Notes: a model not told the origin generated them from the letters alone. A DNA stretch of 63,207 nt, filler included, from Globobulimina sp. (GCA_003354225.1; 23 parts of 23 records of this genome joined end to end with filler, not necessarily neighbours in it); one strand, 5' to 3'. Positions 35,796 to 49,431 are shown, counted from the whole stretch's first letter. A program made the numbers and translations.

Positions 35796-38447
35796 AGCAA
35801 TCTCAGGATCTCCGGGTCCAATGAGTGTCTTTATAGTTCTAAATGCATTTAATTTGCTTAAAATAAATATCGTAATCTCGCCAGAACTCCATTCTCTACA
35901 TATTGCATCCAAATCATTTGAAACATAGTCCTTTTCAAACGCATCAACAAATGCATCGTACGGTAAATTTAAATGTTTCTCAGACATTATTTCAAAGTCT
36001 AAATTAATTAACCTCTGTTTTATATAATTTACATTGTTTGAGGTTATATGCGGTTTAATAATCAATAGACACTTTTGCTTCTTACTATTTTTCTGCAGCT
36101 GAATTAATTTTAATTTTTTATCTTTAATTTGTTTTTTAAATACTTGATACGAAGTAGTCTCAGATATATTGTCTTCGTCATCGAAAAACACGTCATAATT
36201 CTCCAAAAAAACCTCCTTTGTAAGCGATACCTCAATGGCGTTCTGTATCAGATTTGTGCCATATATCGCTCGTATACTACCCGGTTGTTCCTGTACTGCG
36301 ACATTTGGATCCCGGTCGCCAGCCATTTCCACAATATCTTGCAAACCATTTATTTTCTCCAACACCATCACAATGATTTGATCCGACGCTAAATATTGTA
36401 TTTCTTCCTCAAAATAATGCTGCGGTATATCCAATTTTAAATTGGCATACACGCTCTCAGACAAATGCACAACTTTTTGTTTAACAATGTCGAAGCCGCC
36501 ACCAATTAGTTGCGTACGCACGCGATCCCCGTACAATTTGGCCGCATTCGGTTTGATGATTACAAAGATTCGATCTGTGGCCTGATTGAGTTTATGTTTA
36601 TATTTGCTATGACTGTTCCCACTGTATTGTGAGTGCGAATCTTTCATGGAATTCACCACAAAGTCCTCTTCAAAAAATAGCTCAGATTTTTCCGTCAACA
36701 CATCTTGCTCAGTCCCACTGCAATGAAATCCATTGTGGATCAAATCAATGCCATATATGGCACGCAAACAGTGCGGGGAATGCAATTTTGCATCATTTGG
36801 ATCAAAGGGACCCACCAATTCATTCAAGCACGAAATGGCATTCACGCGATATAGCATATAACATATGATCTGGTCCTCGGCCATGGCGGCACATAATTTC
36901 TCGAAAAACGATTTATTCTCATATTTGCGATAAAAATCCTGCCATACCATGGCCGGCATATTCATCGGTCGCGATTTGCCGATAAAAAAGCCTCGTTTTG
37001 CTAATAACCTCTCAACGTCGCCTGCATACTCCGTAGCGTGCGGCTTAATGATTAATATCGTCTCTTCAATGGGGTCCAACGCAAACATGGTCGACAACTG
37101 TGTCTGCGCAGAGTGCACCGACTCATTCACCGACAACACCGCGTTCTGAATGGCCGTATTCCGTTTATTCACTTTTAAACTATGATCCTCAGACAATGCA
37201 GGGGTGCCAAATCTTTTTCGTTTGGATTTTAAAGTGTTTACACTGCCATTATCAGCAAAGTGGACAGCACCGTCATTGAAGAAAAAGAATGCTCGATCGC
37301 GCCAAAAATCCGCCTCGCAGCGGCAAACATACACCGCTTTGTCGGCAATGCTCGAATCGCCCGAACTGTACATCGATTGTATCTGTTCTGTGAACTGTTG
37401 CAAGGCATTTATGCAATTCCCCACACGGGACACCATAATCACCGCCCATTGGCCAAACGTCATAGACTCACAAAACTCGTCAAAGCCTTCGATGGTCGCG
37501 AAATATGGATGGAAAAATTGCTGCGCCACCGACAATTCCATGGATTGCATCTTTTTGTTGACGACCACATTGAATTCCTTTGACTTCAATAAGTGGAGGA
37601 TTTTGGTCCTATACTTGAACCCGTTGGGCTTTACAATCATAAATGAATATTGATACGAATCATCGATGGATTCGTGTTTAAAGAAAACGGAATCTAGAAA
37701 GAAAAACTTGCGCTGCTTCCTCATTTCTGGAACATCGCGTGAACAGTACACGGCATTGCGTATCTGGTCTAAGCCGTACTTTTTGGAGATGATTTGGCTG
37801 ATTTCCAGCACTCTATTTAGTCCTTGTTGTACTTTGCCAAATGATTTATTGGTTTCATCGCCCAAACTGTACACACACACATCGCCGGTGCACATGTCCT
37901 CCACTATTAAGCTCATAACCTGTTTGTTCAACGACTGAAAGCTCGCATTTGCTTTCAAAAAACCATAGATAGCATCGGCATGGATAGCCGCAGTGCGTTT
38001 GGCCAATATGTTAATGTCATGCGACTGCAATAAGTGTTCAATGGCATGCTGATGTTCCATGGCATGCGGCTTAATTATCAATACTGCGCAAGGCGCGCAT
38101 TGGTTGTAATAATTATGACTGTTATAACCGTACGAAGTGGCACTGGCAGTCTCGTAATCATGTTCCACTTCGACTTTATAGTCATTGATAGATGGCACTG
38201 TATACGCATCATTGTCAGGGTTGCCATCCAACAGTGCAGAATTGCTGTTATCTGCGTCACCAGTTTCGTCCAATGGGTTTTCCGATACATCCTCAAAGAA
38301 AAAGAAGGAAAACACTTTTTTATAGTGTCGCTTTGATTTGGTGTAATAGACGCAATTGCGTACTACGTCGATACCATACAGCGCACGGATTGAATGTGGA
38401 GCTACTTTGCCCGCTACGTTTGGGTCTGAGGGCCCAACGATACGTTT
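35796..38447 (-). CDS. Tandem NDK-domain protein (at least 6 nucleoside diphosphate kinase-like domains), both ends partial
   Basis: One open frame spans the contig. An upstream partial domain (GPSDPNVA..VAPHSIRALYGIDVVRNCVY) is followed by five I(I/V)KP-starting domains. Confidence 0.88.
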
Positions 38448-38640
38448 NNNNNNNNNNNNNNNNNNNNNNNNNNNNNNNNNNNNNNNNNNNNTTAATTAAT
38501 TAANNNNNNNNNNNNNNNNNNNNNNNNNNNNNNNNNNNNNNNNNNNNATGTTAACATTCAACAATAATCTCAGCAGAGATTGATACTGTTTGCTGTACAG
38601 ATTTTGCTGTTTATCACTGTAATTATGGAGGTAACTAACT

Positions 38641-39176
38641 TTGCATTCTTTTATATCGTCATCAGAGTCCGCGCCATGGCCAAAACAATGTGGACATAAC
38701 ACAGTTCTGTAAATAGATAAATCATAGATATGCCCTGCGTATATTTCATGTAAACGCAACCAAAGATCAGCCTCAATGTCTTCACCGCGACGGTCCTCGG
38801 GGTTATCATCTCCGCCTCCACCACGATTGAAAAACATATCGAATATTCCGCCACCGCGCCGCGATGATTTGGACGCTTGCTGTTTTTCGTGCTCTTTTAA
38901 GCCTTCCTCGCCGTATTGGTTATACACGCGACGTTTGTCCTCATCAGACAACACTTCGTACGCTCGGTTGATGCGAATGAACATATCATGCGCTTCTTGG
39001 TCGCCTTGGTTTTTGTCTGGATGGTATTTGGTGGCTTTGCGGCGAAATGCTTTTTTGATGTCGCGGGAGGACGAATCACGACCTATTCCGAGAGTTTTGT
39101 AATAATTTGGATCCTCATCGCTGAGTATCAGTGTGGTGATGATTATGAATAATAATGTCAATAAGTGGCACTGCAT
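38641..39176 (-). CDS. ER-lumenal type I DnaJ (ERdj3/Scj1-like), 3' partial
   Basis: Signal peptide, J domain with HPD, G/F-rich region, CPHCFGHG zinc motif; a splice donor follows at about 38640. Confidence 0.88.
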
Positions 39177-39368
39177 GATGTGTTGCAATAAATTGCTGAC
39201 CAGAAATGTTAAATTGCTGTGTTGTGAATAATTAATAATTTCAAATTTATTACCAATGATGTCTGGAATTCACAAGAAATCTGACATGCACATAATGGAC
39301 AAAACCAGTTGAAGTCTGAACAAGTTTTTTTTTGAGTTTTCACTAGCTTTATATAATTAAGTTTTCAT

Positions 39369-40640
39369 TTATAGCTCATCCGAAGGCTTACTTGGAGTTT
39401 GATCAACTTTCTGCTGCATGCGCACATCCTGAAGATTGATCATTTCCCGCTTTACTGTTGATCCAATAACGGGTTGACCATCGGCCTCTAATTCCTGGTC
39501 AATTAACAATTCGGTGCCTAACACATATATCTCATTGCTCATTGTCGGCAACGATTCCAAAATAATCAACAAAATCATAGTCCACAACATTTGATAGCCG
39601 ACCATCACAGTCATATCTGCCGTATCTGCATAAAACTCGCAATCTAACGATGCCGACCCCCACCAATAAAGTGTCATTGCTATGAATAATATCACCAACT
39701 GTGCTTTGGTTATTTTCTTTTGGCAAAACACAGGAATGCACCATAAAATCATTAGACCTGATCCAGTGGCACTAAACCAGCGAGCTCCGATACTCTCATA
39801 ATTGCCCGATACGTGTGCATCAATGACCCATTCTACAAAATAGGCAAACGTTACAGTTGAATGTGTGAATAGAAACAATGTCCATAATTTTATGCGGAAC
39901 ACTCGACTTTCAATTCGCATATAATAATCAAACGTCAATGTGCAAATATAGTATACCACCAATAAACAATTCATTGCACGATAAAAGTTATCAGCTGCTG
40001 GCTGTTATGCAGTTATATAATATCAGTCATGTTGCATTATAATACATTGTCTGCGGCACAAAAAATTATATATAAAGTGTCAATACATTGCCATATATTG
40101 CATCTACGCACAGTTAACAGACAGAAATATGTCGTTTTCTGCGGTTAAAAGGCTCGCAGCTTCAATATATGACAGCTTTTTTTTGTTGAACAGGATAATG
40201 TATTATGTTATAAATGGCAGAAATATATTGGTAATCGGAGGAAAACAGTGATTATGCAAATATATATTCTGCGATTGTGCGCATTTATATTTATTACTTA
40301 CGACATCAACAGATTTATTGATCCATCCCCATTCGTCCCAAGTTCCTAAGGATACAGAAGCGGATATAATTAACCATAAAATAAATGCAATAATATTTGC
40401 AAAGATCATTTCTTGGTTTTTTTCATGTGTGTTGAATACTAATCGTTTGCATAAATACCACCAATTAAACATTGCCATCACATATAACAAGGGGATTAAA
40501 TTTAAAACAAGGTTGACGTGCCAGAACATTTCAAATGAGACAAATGATGAACCGGATACTACGCTGAAAAAAAATAATAATGTCGCTTCAAATTGAATAC
40601 GTTTGTCCCATTTTTGTAATAAATCTTCACAGTATTTCAT
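39369..40640 (-). CDS. Polytopic membrane protein, probably spliced (ORFs 40203-40649 and 39369-39974)
   Basis: Two hydrophobic ORFs on the same strand separated by intron-like sequence. Confidence 0.45.
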
Positions 40641-40762
40641 GTTGAACAATGTTGATCGATACTTTATCTTTTGTTAGGTTGACATGTTCACAAAGTTTTC
40701 AATTATTCAAAATCAAAGATAAAGTCAACTGAAATCAAATTTGTTTTTATTCTGCTGATCAA

Positions 40763-41095
40763 ATGTGGAGCTACGATAAATGGAAAGATATTGTTGTTGA
40801 TTCAGACGAGTATCGCGAAGATGAGAGCAACATAAATGACCAAAAATTCTCACCGGATGAGAATCCTACAAAGCAGACGAAAGAATTTATGGATGCACTA
40901 ACCACACAATATGTCGGTATGCAAGAAAACATGGAAAAGAATAAACAATCGAAAGATGATAAGATGCCAACATTAGACAATAATCATCGAAGAAGAGTAT
41001 TAATGAAACACGAGGCATCATTAAAGCATAACGCTCAAAGCCATTTTAAATTTAGTAGTTTACAAACAAACAGTGATCCCCTGGAAGGAAAATAG
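40763..41095 (+). CDS. Protein with an N-terminal Y.KW..I..DSD motif (Cdc37-N-like)
   Basis: MWSYDKWKDIVVDSDE resembles the Cdc37-type N-terminal motif; probably continues by splicing. Confidence 0.35.
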   Translation: MWSYDKWKDIVVDSDEYREDESNINDQKFSPDENPTKQTKEFMDALTTQYVGMQENMEKNKQSKDDKMPTLDNNHRRRVLMKHEASLKHNAQSHFKFSSLQTNSDPLEGK

Positions 41096-41299
41096 GTTAA
41101 TAATAAAATGTTAAAGGTAACATTTAACTTTTTGCTTTTCAGTTTGAAATTACTGTTTTTACTGTAAACTCTTTGAATTTACAGTTTTTTACAGATTATN
41201 NNNNNNNNNNNNNNNNNNNNNNNNNNNNNNNNNNNNNNNNNNNTTAATTAATTAANNNNNNNNNNNNNNNNNNNNNNNNNNNNNNNNNNNNNNNNNNNN

Positions 41300-43951
41300 T
41301 TTGCAAAGAGTCGCCAACCTGAGCTAAATCGGTCAGATCTTGCTCGCGTAACGACAGCCCGGCTAAGTAACGCATCAATGCAGTGTAATGAGGGAAGGAC
41401 TGATCCAATAAATTCTGGCGTAATAAGCGTTTCACTGAGCGTAAGGCGCCAGATAATTGAGCCATCATTGCGTTGTTTGCGTCATCTAACAGTCGCAGCA
41501 TCTCTTCAAAGCGTGAAGTATCGGCAAAATCCGCATTGGTCGCCATTTCTACAACAATGTGTTTCTTGGATAATAGGGTTGATAACCAGTTGCGATGTAG
41601 TTTACTGAAGTCGATGCCGATCGATTTGGACACGTCTTCATACATTTTGGCCGCATCTGCGATGGGTTGATCCCGTTGCAGTTTCCGCCCACTTTCTAAT
41701 TTCTTCACCAAACCTTTCCAATTTTTATCTTTGACGATATTGCATTGCGTCTTGCCGCCCTTTTTCACGCGCTCCGCGTCGATTTTTCGCATATACTCGA
41801 CGATTAATTGAACCACCTGCACCAAATCAGAAGTAAATCGCAATAAAGGTTGTAATTTTAGAGCTTCACCTTGTTGCATACAAAAAAATATATAAATAAT
41901 AAATATCAATGTGTTTCTACAACATACCTGCATATAAATGGACTTTGCTGATGACATTGCCCGGTAACTTCATAATCTTTAATTCCTTGGACAGCTCCAA
42001 ATCAATAAACCAATCTAAATCGGCGATCTTTAGCTTCCTATTCGACACTGAGGTGACTAATGTGTCCCAAGTGTCGCAAGCTTCCGCAAATAACTCAGTC
42101 ATATACAGTTCAAACGACCATTCGAAGTGCGTAATGTGTTGGAAATGGAACCTTTTCCGCCCACTCCGACTGGCCATCGCATACAATTCCTCCGCGTCGT
42201 CGCCTGACTCATCGCCAAATAAATCCACTATCTTTTCTTCCTCATCATCCGCCGGCTTTTGCTCCTGTTTTCCATCATCTTTTCCCTGCACAATATTCTT
42301 TTTAATCCTATATCTCTCATACAATGCTTTCTGTTCCCGCTCAATATCTAATCGTTTATCGTACCATAAGCGGAGGAAAACTTTGCTTTCCTGCCGTTGA
42401 TTCAAAACATTTAAAATCTCTTCGTGTTGCTGCAGTAGCTTCCATTGCGACTTCTCGTCAATATCCATTATAGATTTATGATTCCATTGTTTTAAATATT
42501 CCAAGAAATGGTTCAATTCTTTAATATCTTTGCCTGCGGTATCGTCGATCTTTATATATCTCCGAAACATAATAATCAAATGCTCGCGTAACTTGTACCA
42601 ATGTCTATAATTCAGAATCACTGCATCCACTTCATCGTCATAGCACATTCGATGCTTAATCTCAACCAACAATTTCTTGAATCGCTGCTCTTCGTTACGC
42701 AATAAATCCGCACATAGCATACTCAACGTATGATACGACATTTCCATCTGTAACTTATCCAATTTATTATTAATAAACTCCAATAAATTGCCCATAGGGA
42801 ATAAATGTTTCATCTCCATCGCAAATTCAATCCACGGCTGACATGATATACAATAGCTTATCTGTTCTAGAAATTCATTTTGTAGCTCCTCCCCTCGCTT
42901 CCCATGCTCCTTATTCACAGTACGCTGCCTCGCCTCGATCCCGCTGATATGGCCACTGCCAAACCTCGGCGGGGGCGGTGGCGGCGGTACGTTTTCCGCG
43001 ATACCGGACACGGGCACTGGCGCTGGGATAGGCGCGTCATTTTGGCCTTGCTGCAGTATCAATTGTTGCAAAAACGCAGGCAAATGAGAGATATCCTGCG
43101 CACGTGGCCGAGGAGCCGGTTCCGGAGATAACGCGACCTCTTCCTCGGATTCGTACTCCTCTTCCACCACCATATCCAATGGCAAATGTATCAATTTATC
43201 CAACAGCAACTCCCATAATGTCACGCCCTTCGCGTGATCAACAGTCGCATACTGCATACTGATCTGTTTGATTTTCAACGTATGCTCCACTCCCCATTTC
43301 GCCAAATCTTTATTGGCTCCGCTCATCACCAGATCCACATACAACACATGCATACTTGCAGGCAGCTCATAAAACACCTCATGTCCGCAAAACATAGCAA
43401 TCTTATCCGGTATCGAGTTTTTTGTCATCAATATCTGCTCCAATGCCTCCATGCACGCCTTCTCAAACACGTGCACTTTGTTCACTAATTTGGCCTTTTC
43501 TTTTTTCTTCTTTTTCTTTTTGCGTCGGGGCACAATCGGCAACGCAGCTTTTTCTTTCTCCTCTGCCTTTTCTTTGTGATCATCTTTGCCGTCCTCTGCA
43601 GTCTCCGCCACCACAGCCAATTCGTTCAATATCTTTTTATTTATCTTTTTCTCGCCAATTCGTTCAATATCATTCATCTCGCGCTCCTTGACAGATATTA
43701 GCTCTTTTTCATCATCTTTTGCGTCGTCTTTCTCCTCAATTTTAGCCTCATTTTCTTGCCGTTTCGTCTCCGCTTCAGATTGCGACAACGCAATGGCCAG
43801 TTTTGTGTCATCATCGTCCAACGAAGTGATCACCGGCACCGCCACAGTTAGCTCGTCCTCTGAGGAAGCATATAAATCATCCTCCTCTGCATCTAACTTA
43901 GCTTCATCCATTTCGGTCTCTGGCGGAGAAATAAATAATTTCAAGCCAACT
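41300..43951 (-). CDS. Fragment of a very large helical protein with a ubiquitin-interacting motif
   Basis: UIM-like DDDTKLAIALSQSEAE. An intron at about 41872-41940 joins the two ORFs. Both ends are open. Confidence 0.6.
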
Positions 43952-44052
43952 NNNNNNNNNNNNNNNNNNNNNNNNNNNNNNNNNNNNNNNNNNNNTTAAT
44001 TAATTAANNNNNNNNNNNNNNNNNNNNNNNNNNNNNNNNNNNNNNNNNNNNG

Positions 44053-44475
44053 CAATATGATAAGTTGCAAAAATCGATTACAAACAGTTGGGTTCGGATA
44101 GCCATGTCATTGACAATTATCATGTGTTATAATATTATGCCGTCCGGTTACATGTATTATGGTAACTTCCATCGCGAGTTATATCCAAAAATCTTAATAT
44201 TGATAAACAATGCGATTCAATTGATATTGTTTATTATTTTTGTATATGTATTTAATCGCCATTTAGATGGCCATCATCATGAGAAAATAATACAATATGA
44301 TATGGAGGATAGGTATGAAGATATTATATTAATTGGATGGCAGATCATATTGGCTGTTTCGTGGGTTATTTATATAATTTCATTGTATTTGTTTTATCGC
44401 GAAGGTACAAAACATTTGGAAGAACAGTTGGAAACACTTATACCTTCATACGAAGACGAATCTGTTGCATATTGA
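44053..44475 (+). CDS. Membrane protein C-terminal fragment
   Basis: Three hydrophobic segments. Confidence 0.45.
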   Translation, partial: QYDKLQKSITNSWVRIAMSLTIIMCYNIMPSGYMYYGNFHRELYPKILILINNAIQLILFIIFVYVFNRHLDGHHHEKIIQYDMEDRYEDIILIGWQIILAVSWVIYIISLYLFYREGTKHLEEQLETLIPSYEDESVAY

Positions 44476-44674
44476 TCATATCTCTCTTAATTGTTTTTAA
44501 TATATTTTGATCAATCCGATTTTTCTATGAACTCTATTTTTCAATCATTCACAGCGTTGAACGACATAACTCGAAAGCAGAAATATCTAGAAAATTAAGA
44601 TTAAAAACAGCTTTGACAAAAACATAAAACAACTCTATATAGCATGATATTTGTGTGTATACTGCATGCTATAG

Positions 44675-46703
44675 CTACATGACTATGCACGGCGAGAAAG
44701 AGTCGCCATTATTTTGAAACCATCGGTTCAATATCTCCGTGGCAACAACACTGAGACTACTTTTGTTGTTTTGTACATGTTGCAGATATCCTCTTTCTTT
44801 GCACATACTATAATTTACCAACGATGTTCCATTGAGCAATAATGCTAAAATAGAATCCGTACCAAACTCACAACAATACAAAATGCCAATATTTATATCA
44901 AACTCATGATCTTTCATTATCTCAATCTTTTCATTGATACTATTTTTCTCCACTATTAATAATCTGAAAAATAATTTTAAATTGCAATTTTGGACATTAT
45001 TTATTTTTTTTATTTTCGTCTTACAAATATGCTCCAAAAAGACATATTGAAAAATTGAGGTATCCTCTCTGCACTTTACTTTATATTTGACAGTTGTATT
45101 CAATATTAATTGCATCAAATTAGTGTCAATTTTAAACGTTGTATATAATAATACAGCATTAATAAACAATGCCCAGTCAATATCTTTCATATTTTCTTTG
45201 CTCGATTTAATTAAACATGACATTATATTCAATACAATTTTCATACTTTTTATTTTATTGAGAATTGCTGCATTCAACATTTGATCGATAACCAATGCAG
45301 TTGGCGTATAGACGGCTAATATGGTATTAACATAATCAATTTTATTCGGCTCCACATTAATTATAAAAGCATATAAACAGCATTCAAATATACAACAACT
45401 ATCCAATAACTTCTCTATGAATTTATGATAATTATAATTATTGTTTGATAATTCATTAATTAAATATTTTATTGTATCATAGTCCAAAATTTCTAAATGG
45501 TTCAAAAAATTATCGATATCGTTTTCGTACACGTTTGAACACAAAATATTTAGCAAATGCATTAATAATCGCTTATTTCTAATATTATCCAGCACAAATT
45601 GCCAGGTCTCATACTTTTCGATGGCAAATGACAACTTCTCCCTTAATATGGAGCCATTGTATAATAAATTATCACCAATCCATTGCAACCATTCATCATT
45701 TAAATTCTCAAAATGCAAAAACCATAAAATTAATATCTTATCATTATAATTCTTAAACAAAAATGATATATTTTGCCAACAAAACGATTTTATAATTCCA
45801 ATAATCTCTTTATACGGACAGTAATTTGACGGGAAATATTGATCAAATATCTCCCGTTGATAATATTCAAAATATTGTTTTATATTAAACAAATAGGACC
45901 AAATCACAGTATGTCTGGTTTTATCCCTTACTATGAATTTATTCTCCAAAAAGCATGAATTTATTTTATAATCAATCAATGCATTTATTCGGTTTTCATC
46001 CATTTTACGTCCATTATTTACAATATTCACTCCTTTGTAATACACAATCAATGATTTATCCTCTTCCACCACCGGCAGACCGCAGGGCTTCTCATAAAAT
46101 TGAATGATCCCATTGCTACAAATTGGGAACTTATCCAAACACCATCGAAAAGCCTGAGGACCAAAATCAATCCCCATTCCCTTAAACAGCGAGGCAACAA
46201 TACTGAAGCGAGCAGCGGCAGCATTCTGTACATCGCATAGGAAGAATATGGGAAAACCCACCGGAAAGTCTGAGTTTTCATAACAAATTTGCGTATCACC
46301 CACTTCGATTAAAGTGTACTGCTCACACATTCTGCTGCCGCCATACATTCGTTTCATGCTTTTCTGATATTGTTTTAATATTTTTTTCAAATCGCGATGC
46401 ATTTTTTTATTCATTGGATACGTCGATGTTATTTTATTGACAATCATTTGTTTAAAATTAGTGTTTGTTTGATGTGTTAGCTTTTGTATCAAACGAATGC
46501 GCTGTCTGCTGTTCACTGCATTCATTGTATGGTTCCTATGACAATAACCATAGAATTTGAGTAATAAACATTTGATTGAGGATGATAATGACAATGAAGA
46601 TGATACTTTGTTATGTTTGATCCATCCAATGATTAAATATTCAGATTGTTGCTGAATATCTAAATTTGAGGGTTTCAATTTGTTTAAAACAGTCAAAGAA
46701 TTT
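44675..46703 (-). CDS. Hypothetical helical-repeat protein, 5' partial
   Basis: 673-aa open frame; no family recognised. Confidence 0.6.
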
Positions 46704-46803
46704 NNNNNNNNNNNNNNNNNNNNNNNNNNNNNNNNNNNNNNNNNNNNTTAATTAATTAANNNNNNNNNNNNNNNNNNNNNNNNNNNNNNNNNNNNNNNNN
46801 NNN

Positions 46804-47472
46804 AACATCATCACTTAGTTCATTGGTGGAAAATTCACGGAAATTTATAGCAAACCCAAATTGATTGAATTTCAGTGCAGTTAATGTGCCAATATAACCG
46901 GCGAATGTAGTATATCGATATAAGTACTCATTGCCTCTATAAACCTGTATATCAATGGTCAAATTGCGCAATAACTGTTCATCAAAATCTATCCAATCCA
47001 ATGTCCGACCCAACACTAAAGAATTCTTGTTAGTGTTTCTAGTGTTTTTGGAGATGATTGAAGTGCATCCACAAAATGATTCATATAACAAATGTGTCAG
47101 TAATATGTGCTCAATGGTTATGCCATCCTTTTTAAATAATTTGGCAATTCCTTTCATTTCGTCAATGTATGCTTTCCCGCCCAAAGTGTGCAATCTTTCA
47201 AATATTCCAATGGTTAAATTACTAAAAAAATCACTATTTGCATCGTCATTATTCTTGTTTTTTTGTTGGCCGTGTGATGATATTTGATATTGCTCCAATG
47301 ATAGAATTGCGTTAATTAATCTTTTAATTTCTTTGCGATATGCTGTTGCAATGTGTATCCATCTCTGGGCTGGAGAGCATTGTAAGTCAATTCGAAAGGA
47401 TGGAACAGAACATTGAGCCACTTGCTTTTTATTCTTTCTTTTCTTTTTGTTCCTGCGAAAGTATTTCGACAT
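46804..47472 (-). CDS. Acid ceramidase/NAAA-like Ntn hydrolase, 3' partial
   Basis: IDL..SPAQRW, EMKGIA, LLYESFCG|CTSII (catalytic Cys), GRTLDW and TTFAGYIGTLT. Confidence 0.88.
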
Positions 47473-47547
47473 TGCAAATAATTAGTTGCAGTTTTTGGCT
47501 TTTGAAGTTAAAATATATCAATGATAATAATTACGTAATTACGAATC

Positions 47548-49431
47548 ATGGCACAGCAAGGTGATTTTACGGAATTTAGAGCCTCCAATTTATTGCATGA
47601 ACTTTTATTATCTATAAACAGTGTCGTGACATCTGTTTATGATGGATTAAGAATAAATCATTTGTCAACGGAACAACAATACAAATTCCGTAATGATAAA
47701 CAGTTACAATATAAATTGAAGCGATACATAAAATTATTATTATTCGATAACAACACTTTAGCAGTCACCAAACATAAATCTGCCTTAAATACATTTAATA
47801 TTTTAATCCATAATATCGATCAATATATAATATTAATATCAGAATCATTGTATTTTGATTCATTAAATTACAAATTATACAGAGAATTACATTATAAATT
47901 ATTAATCAATAACATATTATCTACATTATTTTCATTTAAATTTAAAGTTAATGAGGACAATGAAATACCGCTATTTTACGACAATGAACTGATTTCCACA
48001 CAAAGTGCCTTTAAACAATTAATTTATTCATATTCCAATGATAAACAATCAATTCCAAGCGATACATTGCATGGTATTTCAAGATACTTTCAAGTTATAA
48101 TAAATTTATATATTTTCCTTCTTTTCTATATAATATGTTCTATACAGAATGAGTATTACTGGTATTTGAATAAATATAATATTTTATATTTGAATGGATT
48201 GGATTTGAATAAGACATTAGATTTCAAGAAAGGATATGCGCGGATATTATCAACCAATTACAAAGATATTGATATGATTGAAAGCAATTATACCGAGGAT
48301 ATAATAATAAATACAATATGTGGATGGAGTGTCTGTTTATTACTGCAAAATACGGATAAATTGTTATTTGCATCGTATGTGTGTTTAGTTGAAGAGTATT
48401 ACGGTTATTTTAAAGCAAAAAAACCATTTTTATGCTTTTATTGCAATAAATTAATGTCAAAACAACTCGGTTTGCTTCAACACATCCGAGCTTCACATGA
48501 AATATATGATGATTACAATAGTGAATGCACTACAACGCCATGCATGGACTATATATGCTATATCATGTTAATACAATTATTCATATTGATGCATAAAATG
48601 AATTATGCTACGAATACAGAATGGTTTCCTGATAATGTATTAACAAAATATATAAATCGATTGCAAATAATATCAAAACAATTCAATTTAAACCACATAG
48701 AAACGGAAATGGAAATGAAAATGAATAAATTGGAGCGATTAGAATCAATTATAAATAATACAAATAATATTTTATTAACAAATAAAAATGAAAATGACAC
48801 AGAACCCACAGAAATAAACGACACTTATTATGCATCATTGACACCACCAGTTTCCCCACAATATGCTGATGAGTCGAAAGAAAAAACAGAATTTGATTCA
48901 TTGCCATTTGAGACAAAAAGGGCAATGGTGACTGGACATTATATCGCTTGCAAACTGCATTCATATTTTAAACGACATCATTACTGTACAGAATGTGATG
49001 AAAATTATATGTTTATACTCGACCATATGTACATTGTGGGAGGCGCGATTAGAAATTATTTAATCGGCCGAAATATCAATGATTTAGATATCATTGTTGA
49101 TACTTTAAAGTTACAGTATCTACAAAATAAGCATTTGTTTTATTATCATGAATTAAAATATGACGAGGAAGCATTCAAACTTTCTGAAAATATCAACAGT
49201 AAATATGTTAGCAACACCGATGATAAATTATGGGATAAAAATGCAGAAATTCCGGTGATTCCACAGGATACAGATTATGGTTTGCAAAAACACTCTGCGA
49301 ACTACAAAAAATGGATACTTGGCAAAAAAGCAAATTGTAAATGTTTGTGGTATTTGCAATTTTATAAGAAAATAACGTATGGCTATAAATATCGGAGAAA
49401 CGATGAATGTCTGGATTGGAGATTGGCCTGA
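47548..49431 (+). CDS. C2H2 zinc finger plus class II nucleotidyltransferase (CCA/poly(A) polymerase head) protein, probably truncated
   Basis: CFYCNK...LLQHIRASH and MYIVGGAIRNYLIGRNINDLDII (motif A, DxD). Confidence 0.65.
   Translation: MAQQGDFTEFRASNLLHELLLSINSVVTSVYDGLRINHLSTEQQYKFRNDKQLQYKLKRYIKLLLFDNNTLAVTKHKSALNTFNILIHNIDQYIILISESLYFDSLNYKLYRELHYKLLINNILSTLFSFKFKVNEDNEIPLFYDNELISTQSAFKQLIYSYSNDKQSIPSDTLHGISRYFQVIINLYIFLLFYIICSIQNEYYWYLNKYNILYLNGLDLNKTLDFKKGYARILSTNYKDIDMIESNYTEDIIINTICGWSVCLLLQNTDKLLFASYVCLVEEYYGYFKAKKPFLCFYCNKLMSKQLGLLQHIRASHEIYDDYNSECTTTPCMDYICYIMLIQLFILMHKMNYATNTEWFPDNVLTKYINRLQIISKQFNLNHIETEMEMKMNKLERLESIINNTNNILLTNKNENDTEPTEINDTYYASLTPPVSPQYADESKEKTEFDSLPFETKRAMVTGHYIACKLHSYFKRHHYCTECDENYMFILDHMYIVGGAIRNYLIGRNINDLDIIVDTLKLQYLQNKHLFYYHELKYDEEAFKLSENINSKYVSNTDDKLWDKNAEIPVIPQDTDYGLQKHSANYKKWILGKKANCKCLWYLQFYKKITYGYKYRRNDECLDWRLA

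Noticed and set aside
41300-43951. RNF213-like assignment for the large UIM protein
   Set aside because: No AAA or RING motif is visible in the fragment, so the call cannot be supported.
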